64,000 nt of DNA, taken from Patescibacteria group bacterium (lineage in GTDB: Bacteria; Patescibacteriota; Minisyncoccia; Phycocordibacterales; CSBR16-119). Of the stretch, positions 58,002-64,000 are shown one piece after another. Below the pieces are notes generated by a model that was not told the origin of the DNA, did no database searches, and saw nothing but the letters and a program-made list of their open reading frames with translations. The translations under genes and the position numbers were made by a program. Position 1 is the first letter of the stretch. The number at the start of each line of letters is the position of its first letter. Where the stretch lies: NCBI GenBank assembly GCA_052033715.1, contig JBPOJJ010000002.1:1676-65675 (forward strand). Reading direction: 5' to 3'.

Positions 58002-58916
58002 CTACCCGTCGAGATCTCCCACTCCCGCCAAGGCAATAGACTGCAAACCATAGACCCTAGCTCTTAGGATCTTGGCAATGTAGTCAGCAAATGCCTCGTC
58101 GTACTCTTGGACAACCTCGAGCACATTCTTGTGAGAGAATTGTGACCCCTCCTGCACTTCCCGAGAATGTCGGCTTTTGTTGGTAACGAGAGACAGAGCA
58201 AGGACCCGACAGCCCATATGATGGAGCGCCAAAGCCTCTGGAACAACAGACATCCCAACCACGTCACCATCTCTCGCGTACTTCCTCACTTCCGCGCGAG
58301 TTTCGATTTGTGGCCCAGGAACTCCAACCAGAATTGTATTCTGGTTGACCTGAACCGTCAGTCTACGACCAGCTACATCACGAGCAAGTTCCTGGTATTT
58401 GAGATCGTAGACCTCTCCGCAATCCAGAAACCTGTCTGGTCCGAAAAGACGAATAGTGTCGACATCTCCCACAAGAGGCGAGACCCCGAGATAACTGCTG
58501 ATGTGATCGTCGAGGATGCAAACCGAGCCCACTTGGTAATCGGTATTGAGTGCACCAACTGCGTTCGTGAGAATGAACTCAGATACGCCCCATTTGGCCA
58601 AGGCTCGCAAATTGGTGACAATGCGATAAGGATCGTAAGCCTCTTCATTGAAGTGTGCCCTTCCTGCCAGCCAGACTACCCTCTCGCCACCAATGACACC
58701 AAGGTAGTACTTACTTTGGTGCCCTTCCGTAACTGGTGTCAGAAAGGGTGTTGGTAGTTCGTCAGACTCCACTTCTCCTTCAAAATGACGAAGGAGATTA
58801 TTCGGTCCCGATGAGCCAGTAATAATGGCAGTTCTGGGAGCGGCTCCAAGGTTTTCTTTGAGCCATTTTACACACTGTTCAACGCTAACGGTATGGTCGT
58901 GCAATGCCGTTGTCAT
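58002..58916 (-). CDS. purine nucleoside phosphorylase (trimeric family, divergent; cassette class)
   Basis: AII.GS, V.GH, GR.H..E, LTNA.G, GPQ.ET.AE, VGMS.VPE, SLVTN. Confidence 0.85.
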   Translation of the reverse strand: MTTALHDHTVSVEQCVKWLKENLGAAPRTAIITGSSGPNNLLRHFEGEVESDELPTPFLTPVTEGHQSKYYLGVIGGERVVWLAGRAHFNEEAYDPYRIVTNLRALAKWGVSEFILTNAVGALNTDYQVGSVCILDDHISSYLGVSPLVGDVDTIRLFGPDRFLDCGEVYDLKYQELARDVAGRRLTVQVNQNTILVGVPGPQIETRAEVRKYARDGDVVGMSVVPEALALHHMGCRVLALSLVTNKSRHSREVQEGSQFSHKNVLEVVQEYDEAFADYIAKILRARVYGLQSIALAGVGDLDG

Positions 58917-58960
58917 GGTGGTGGGTTTAGGTGTTGGTTAGGAACGAACGTTACCGAGAA

Positions 58961-58988
58961 AGTCTACTCTTCCTCGAGATTTTGTCAA
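58961..58988 (-). promoter_or_regulatory. promoter of the PNP cassette
   Basis: TTGACA-N16-TAGACT. Confidence 0.65.
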
Positions 58989-58991
58989 AAG

Positions 58992-60257
58992 CTAAACGAA
59001 TTTTTTAGGTATTGGGAATTTCTTCGCCATCTTTTTGATTTCGGCTTTGGCATTACTTAATATCTTTTTATTGTCCTTGTTTCGTAGCACCTCAATCATG
59101 ATTTCAGCGACTCTGGCACAATCTTTTTCCTTGAATCCTCTCGTAGTAATCGCTGGCGTTCCGAAACGTATTCCTGATGGATCCATTGGTTTCCTAGTAT
59201 CGTCAGCGATCGCATTCATATTTAAAGTAATGCCGACTTCGTCGAGAACTGTTTGAGCCTCTTTACCCGTAACGCCAAGCGAACCGAAGACATCAGCGAG
59301 AATTAGGTGGTTATCAGTTCCCCCGGCAATCATACGAATCTTTTCTCTTTTCAAAACTTTCTCCATCGCTTTGGCGTTTTTCAAAATTTGCTTGGCGTAT
59401 TTTTTAAAAGACGGTTTGAGGGCTTCGCCAAAAGCCACGGCCTTGGCTGCCTGGATATGAATGTGTGGACCGCCCTGAAGTCCTGGGAAAACCGCCTTAT
59501 TAATTTTTGAAATAATTTCCTCACTATCGCGAACGAGAATCATGCCTCCGCGCGGACCGCGAAGAGTTTTGTGCGTAGTCGTGGTGATGACATCAAATCC
59601 AGCATCAAAAGGATTGCTAAGTGCGCCACCCGCAATAAGTCCGGCGATGTGCGCCATGTCAGCAACGGTAATCGCACCGACCTCACGCGCGATGGCGACA
59701 AATTTCTTGTAATCCAGATTTCTCGAATACGCGGAAAATCCAGCGAGAATTATTTTTGGTTTTTCGGCGAGCGCTACGCGGCGAAGTTCGGCATAATCAA
59801 TCTCGCCAGTACCTATGTTCTTCATCTTGTACCTGACGAAACGAAAAACTTTGGCCGGAAAAGTTACTGGATGACCATGTGTGAGATGTCCGCCATGAGA
59901 AAGATCCATACCGAGAACCGTGTCACCAGGTTCGAGGAGTGCTGCGTAGACTGCCATATTCGCCGGCGCACCGGAGAGCGGTTGGACATTAGCGTATTTG
60001 CACTTGAAAAGTTTGCAGGCTCGAGCGATAGCGAGATTTTCAACGACGTCAGTAAATTCCTGACCGCCGTAATATCGGCGACCAGGATATCCTTCGGCGT
60101 ATTTATTGGTCAGAACCGAACCCATCGCTTCAAGCACGGCTTGCGAAACATAGTTTTCAGACGGAATTAGCTCCAAGCCCTCGGCTTGGCGTTTCTCTTC
60201 GCCCTTGATGGCATTAAAAACTTCTTTGTCTTGGTTTTGGATGTAGCTTTTTGACAT
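58992..60257 (-). CDS. glyA: serine hydroxymethyltransferase
   Basis: LIPSEN, YAEGYPG.RYYGG, GGHLTHG, TTTHKTLRGPRGG. Confidence 0.97.
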   Translation of the reverse strand: MSKSYIQNQDKEVFNAIKGEEKRQAEGLELIPSENYVSQAVLEAMGSVLTNKYAEGYPGRRYYGGQEFTDVVENLAIARACKLFKCKYANVQPLSGAPANMAVYAALLEPGDTVLGMDLSHGGHLTHGHPVTFPAKVFRFVRYKMKNIGTGEIDYAELRRVALAEKPKIILAGFSAYSRNLDYKKFVAIAREVGAITVADMAHIAGLIAGGALSNPFDAGFDVITTTTHKTLRGPRGGMILVRDSEEIISKINKAVFPGLQGGPHIHIQAAKAVAFGEALKPSFKKYAKQILKNAKAMEKVLKREKIRMIAGGTDNHLILADVFGSLGVTGKEAQTVLDEVGITLNMNAIADDTRKPMDPSGIRFGTPAITTRGFKEKDCARVAEIMIEVLRNKDNKKILSNAKAEIKKMAKKFPIPKKFV

Positions 60258-60290
60258 GAAGGAATTTTAGCATAAATCCAGTACAAGCGA

Positions 60291-60315
60291 GAAAGCCCCT
60301 TTTTGAGGGGCTTTC
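60291..60315 (-). terminator. terminator of the orphan cassette
   Basis: gaaagcccct-N5-aggggctttc. Confidence 0.75.
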
Positions 60316-60346
60316 CATGTGAGTGAATAAACAGGAATCAGGCGAA

Positions 60347-60643
60347 CTAGTTCGCCCCAACCCAAGTTCGCTGTTCTCGCATCCTGCTGAGCCACAGTGG
60401 ATCTGGAGGAATCCATCCGTAAGACAAAGTGATTCCTGTGACAAACAGAGCGAGTACGCACATCTGTCCAAAGCTCATCGGGAAATTGCCACTTGAGCTT
60501 GAACCATTATTACGATTACCTCCTCCTCCCCGATACGGAGGCTTCCTTTTGGGTGGCCCCAATATGGAGGTCAATTTAGTGGGCTTTCTGTGTACTGTTG
60601 TTCTCCATACACGAACGTTCGAACGTAACTCGGTCGTTGTCAT
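60347..60643 (-). CDS. small hypothetical protein with one transmembrane helix (cassette class)
   Basis: TTGACA-N18-TAACCT promoter, leader aaaccccgcgacc, terminator; basic/Gly-rich N-terminus. Confidence 0.6.
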   Translation of the reverse strand: MTTTELRSNVRVWRTTVHRKPTKLTSILGPPKRKPPYRGGGGNRNNGSSSSGNFPMSFGQMCVLALFVTGITLSYGWIPPDPLWLSRMREQRTWVGAN

Positions 60644-60693
60644 GGTCGCGGGGTTTGAATTGAGGTTACACTAGAATAGCGTTCGTTGTCAAT

Positions 60694-61647
60694 TTAGTTT
60701 TCTATATCTCTTTTCTTTGCTCCCCCGGCGATTGTGAGTTCGCCCTTGATCGTATCGTGTGGATCATAATTTTCAAGTTTAACTTTATCCGCGGTGAAAT
60801 CAATCAATTCTTTGACTGAATCATCTACCGTAAGTGTTGGAAAATTCTTTGGTTCGCGAGAAAGTTGCTCTCGAACTTGATCAAAATGATTTTCGTAAAT
60901 ATGCGCGTCGCCAAATGTGTGAATAAATTCTCCCGGTCTAACACCGAGTATTTTAGCCATAACGACCAAAAGAAGGGCGTAGCTTGCGATATTAAATGGC
61001 ACACCAAGAAACATATCCGCGCTTCGCTGGTAAAGCTGAAGATGCAATCTGCCGTCTTTGATACTCATCTGATACATATTGTGACAAATGGGAAATCGCG
61101 ATGCTTCGTCGGGCTTCGCCATAGCATAGAGATATTCCGGATTCCATGAATTTACGATGACATTTCGAGCGTACAGATCCTCACGAAGCTCTTTGAGCGC
61201 CCAAGCCAGCTGATCCACACCCCGACCGTCTTTGGCCGGCCAGGCGCGCCACATTTCTCCATAAATACGCTTGAGCTCGCCGTGCTGTTTGGCAAAATTT
61301 TCATCGGTTTTTATTTTCTCGACGAATTCTTCTTTGGTCATTTCCGGGAAGCCCTTTTCTTTGTAAATCTTGTACGGATAATCATCCCAAATGTGAACAT
61401 TGTTATCAACCAGATATTTGATATTCGTCTGACCAGAGAAAAACCAATACAACTCGTGCAAAACACCTTTCCAATAAACTTTTTTTGTCGTAATCATTGG
61501 GAAACCCTCTTCAATATCAAACCGGATCTGTCGACCAAAAACACTTTTGGTTACCGCCCCCGTCCCCTCATCGACATTCCTAATACCCGTATCAAGAATT
61601 TCTTTTAGTAAATCTAAATATTGATACTCCGGATGTCTTTTTTCCAT
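60694..61647 (-). CDS. thyA: thymidylate synthase
   Basis: TTKK, IWD, PICH, QRSAD.FLGVPFN, DAHIY. Confidence 0.96.
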   Translation of the reverse strand: MEKRHPEYQYLDLLKEILDTGIRNVDEGTGAVTKSVFGRQIRFDIEEGFPMITTKKVYWKGVLHELYWFFSGQTNIKYLVDNNVHIWDDYPYKIYKEKGFPEMTKEEFVEKIKTDENFAKQHGELKRIYGEMWRAWPAKDGRGVDQLAWALKELREDLYARNVIVNSWNPEYLYAMAKPDEASRFPICHNMYQMSIKDGRLHLQLYQRSADMFLGVPFNIASYALLLVVMAKILGVRPGEFIHTFGDAHIYENHFDQVREQLSREPKNFPTLTVDDSVKELIDFTADKVKLENYDPHDTIKGELTIAGGAKKRDIEN

Positions 61648-61648
61648 A

Positions 61649-62224
61649 TTATTTTTTCTTAGGTTTTTTAATCACCTTTTTAGTTCGAAAATGATCTGAG
61701 TTTTTGCCATCATAACGACCAACACCATCTTTACCGTGATAAGTCTTGCTAGATTCGGTCGCAAGTTCAGCAAAGATGATTTGAGCGATTTCCATACCAG
61801 GACGCAAAATTATCGGCACATTACTAGTGTTTAGAAGTTCAAATGTTGGGAAAAAATGATGCCCGGGATTGAAAAGCATAGCCGTGGTGTGAACAGCGAG
61901 ACCAATTCTGGCGAGTGAGCTCTTACCAGAGAGAAGTATCAGATGTTTGTGATCAACACCAATAAACTCACGCTGCTTACCAAGAACTGTCTCTCCTGTA
62001 TGTAGGATAAAAGCGTCACCGTCTTTTATATTCAAGGTCTTAGTCTGGGGATAAATCTTGTTGGCGGGATCAACGGCTGTGGTCGCATGACGATCAACGA
62101 CTTTAAATTCGTTATCAAGTGTGACGTCATAACTTGCTAGTTGTAATTTTTTATCGGTAAAAGGTTTGATGACGATTTCACCAGTCTTGAGTTTCTTTTT
62201 TATATCTACGTCAGATAAAAACAT
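61649..62224 (-). CDS. dcd: dCTP deaminase
   Basis: LSD.DI, Q.ASYD, GKSSLAR.GL, FEL.N, IAQ. Confidence 0.88.
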   Translation of the reverse strand: MFLSDVDIKKKLKTGEIVIKPFTDKKLQLASYDVTLDNEFKVVDRHATTAVDPANKIYPQTKTLNIKDGDAFILHTGETVLGKQREFIGVDHKHLILLSGKSSLARIGLAVHTTAMLFNPGHHFFPTFELLNTSNVPIILRPGMEIAQIIFAELATESSKTYHGKDGVGRYDGKNSDHFRTKKVIKKPKKK

Positions 62225-62226
62225 AC

Positions 62227-62904
62227 TTATTCTATGTTAAAGACTTTTTCAGTCCCATAATAATCCGGCCAATGTTCATTGTAATACGCAAACATCCGCT
62301 CGATGCGTTCTTGTGGAAGTTCGGCAAGTCCGAAAGATTGCATTTCACCCAAAAGTTTTGCTTTTGTGTCTTCGACACTTTCTCCGTCGCCAATGACAGA
62401 TTCGAACTCCGTCAGATATCCGTAGCCGGCATTTTTGTCTAGAGTGACGTTCATGTTTGGCAAAACATACTCGATTCTTTGTCTGGACCATTTAGCCTGG
62501 TATTGAAATCCAGCTTCCTGTAAAAGTCCATCGAGTTCGCCGAGAGTCAGAGGAACCGCTTCTTCAAACTCCATTCTTGAAACGCCATTCGCGCTCGTGT
62601 CGTCACCGATCGATGCTTTGATAACCAAGAGAACTTTGCCGTCGACTTCGCGAGTGCGCACTGAGAAAGATTTACCCTCCTCGATAATTTCTGCCAAGGT
62701 TTTGTTTTGCTCTTCGTTTAAATGAGAAGAGATTTTTTCTTTTAGAACTTGAAAATCGCCGTTTATGAAATAGTGATTGAGTTGAGAGGTGGCCGGCAAG
62801 ACTTTCGCGTCAGGATATTTGGCAACCAACTTTTCCCGGAAAGCATCGGCGTTCATCTTGTCTCCTAAAAGACATTTGATTTCTATCTCTTTTGATACAG
62901 CCAT
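62227..62904 (-). CDS. CYTH-domain protein
   Basis: EIEIK, R.R, K..R.R, EFE motifs; ATG 62904 preferred as start. Confidence 0.75.
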   Translation of the reverse strand: MAVSKEIEIKCLLGDKMNADAFREKLVAKYPDAKVLPATSQLNHYFINGDFQVLKEKISSHLNEEQNKTLAEIIEEGKSFSVRTREVDGKVLLVIKASIGDDTSANGVSRMEFEEAVPLTLGELDGLLQEAGFQYQAKWSRQRIEYVLPNMNVTLDKNAGYGYLTEFESVIGDGESVEDTKAKLLGEMQSFGLAELPQERIERMFAYYNEHWPDYYGTEKVFNIE

Positions 62905-62966
62905 AGTAGGCCAATTATACTCCACCCTTTGGCAAAATCTGCAATTGACATTATGATGGTATTTAT

Positions 62967-63455
62967 ATGATTTTCATCGTTTCCTCGATACAAAAGGACA
63001 ATCTGGGCCTGGGCTTCGAGCAGGACCTTCTTTTCAAGATTCCAGCCGACCTAAAACGCTTCAAGGACCTGACCCTGGGACATCCGGTCATCATGGGCCG
63101 CCGGACCTGGGAATCGCTACCAGAGAAATTCCGTCCCCTTCCCGGCCGGACGAATATCGTCGTGTCTTCACAGACTAATAACTTTGAAGGCGCAACAGTT
63201 TGTAAGACTTTGGAAGAAGCTATCACGGCGGCGAAACAGCTTGATTCGGATATTGGCATTATCGGCGGCGCTAGGATTTTCACTGAAGCGCTTCCCCACA
63301 CCGACATCCTATATCTCACCGAAATAGAAGGAGAAAAAGAAGCTGATACATTTTTTCCAGAATTTAAAAATAATTTTGAAGAAATAAATCGAGAAGGACC
63401 GTTTGAAACAGATGAAGGTATAAAGTATTGGTTCGTGGATTATAAAAAGAAATAG
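62967..63455 (+). CDS. folA: dihydrofolate reductase
   Basis: DLKRFK.LT, IMGRRTWES, RPLPGR.N, IIGG, DTFFP. Confidence 0.95.
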   Translation: MIFIVSSIQKDNLGLGFEQDLLFKIPADLKRFKDLTLGHPVIMGRRTWESLPEKFRPLPGRTNIVVSSQTNNFEGATVCKTLEEAITAAKQLDSDIGIIGGARIFTEALPHTDILYLTEIEGEKEADTFFPEFKNNFEEINREGPFETDEGIKYWFVDYKKK

Positions 63456-63547
63456 AAACGAAGAAAGGGCCACCTGTAGGCAGCCCTTCCCAATCCTGGG
63501 TCGAAGGTGCGAGTTCTCTAAACCAACCGCCCAAAGATGTCACCCGC

Positions 63548-63805
63548 CTAGGCAGCGATCGAGATGGTGGGAAGTACCACCACACCGAGTCGCCGTAGCG
63601 CTGATGGCTTCAAGGAGTGGGCCAGGAGCCCATCCTCGTCACTCGCAGGATGAAGTCCGTGCAAGTGCAGTGCGAACTTGAGCTTCTTGCGAGATTCCTC
63701 GATCTCACGCTGGATCAGTTTCCTTAGCGGAGCTGGGTCTTGCTTCGGTCGGATGAAGACGGTCGTCCCGCTTCGCCCAAATGGCAGTTTCCTTTTTTGG
63801 TTCAT
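63548..63805 (-). CDS. small hypothetical protein (cassette class)
   Basis: GC-richer ORF, TTGCTT-N16-TAATAT upstream, hairpin at about 63463-63490 downstream. Confidence 0.5.
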   Translation of the reverse strand: MNQKRKLPFGRSGTTVFIRPKQDPAPLRKLIQREIEESRKKLKFALHLHGLHPASDEDGLLAHSLKPSALRRLGVVVLPTISIAA

Positions 63806-63895
63806 GTATCATGGTGTCTGTCGTCATATTACATATTATTCCCAAAAAAGCAATACCTCTCCACTCCTCTTCCCCTTGTTAAAGTAAAAATAAAA

Positions 63896-64000
63896 GTGGC
63901 ATAAAAAAGACATTACGGAGGAAGCCGGCCCATCAAGGCCGGCTTCCGAGTATAGCGGCCAACTGTTTACAAGTTGGAACGCGCGTCTTTTTTATGCCAC
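63896..64000. repeat. structured element with an inverted repeat of at least 16 bp (cut by the window edge)
   Basis: gtggcataaaaaagac/gtcttttttatgccac enclosing ggaagccggcc/ggccggcttcc and ccaact/agttgg. Confidence 0.7.

Noticed and set aside
60258-60346. ZTP or THF riboswitch upstream of glyA
   Set aside because: The region is explained by a terminator plus a leaderless promoter, and no aptamer consensus is visible.
3399-63850. Integron cassettes as the explanation for the stand-alone genes
   Set aside because: The genes are dispersed and carry their own promoters; no attC-like sites or integrase are visible.
1-64000. CRISPR array, rRNA, tRNA, transposase or integrase
   Set aside because: I saw no regularly spaced repeats, cloverleaf structures, rRNA-like tracts or DDE/tyrosine/serine recombinase motifs.
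1-64000. Alternative genetic code (UGA=Gly, as in Gracilibacteria)
   Set aside because: Conserved genes are full length under code 11, and some (argS, the adk-like gene) end at TGA at the expected length.

Overview
This 64 kb window looks like the chromosome of a Patescibacteria (CPR; most likely Parcubacteria/Paceibacteria) symbiont using the standard genetic code. It contains a glycosylation locus (3.9-18.6 kb), an S-layer-like protein with a long structured leader, ftsK-recA, a VirB4/HerA-like ATPase, rpsF-ssb-rpsR, four aminoacyl-tRNA synthetases (metG, glyS, ileS, argS) and a thymidylate cluster (glyA, thyA, dcd, folA). I found no rRNA, tRNA, CRISPR array or transposase. The main unexplained signal is that two classes of gene are interleaved. 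Housekeeping genes are mostly leaderless, with a -10 box 6-7 nt before the ATG. About ten stand-alone, visibly GC-richer cassettes each have a sigma70-type promoter, usually an A/C-rich leader without a Shine-Dalgarno, and a strong GC hairpin terminator. Their cargo includes a Bacteroidota-style T9SS substrate, a DUF4407 protein, pyrD-pyrC, a purine nucleoside phosphorylase, two EamA-like proteins and several orphans. My hypothesis (inference, untested) is a host-directed gene set, possibly expressed in or for a Bacteroidota host; plain horizontal transfer is the alternative. Other notable items are a four-helix-bundle/winged-HTH gene dense in a TGTCY repeat, a two-copy structured element with covarying stems, several other structured intergenic elements, and an IleRS2 with an ALHH motif and an inserted histidine phosphatase. 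All calls come from motif recognition by eye; no database searches were run.
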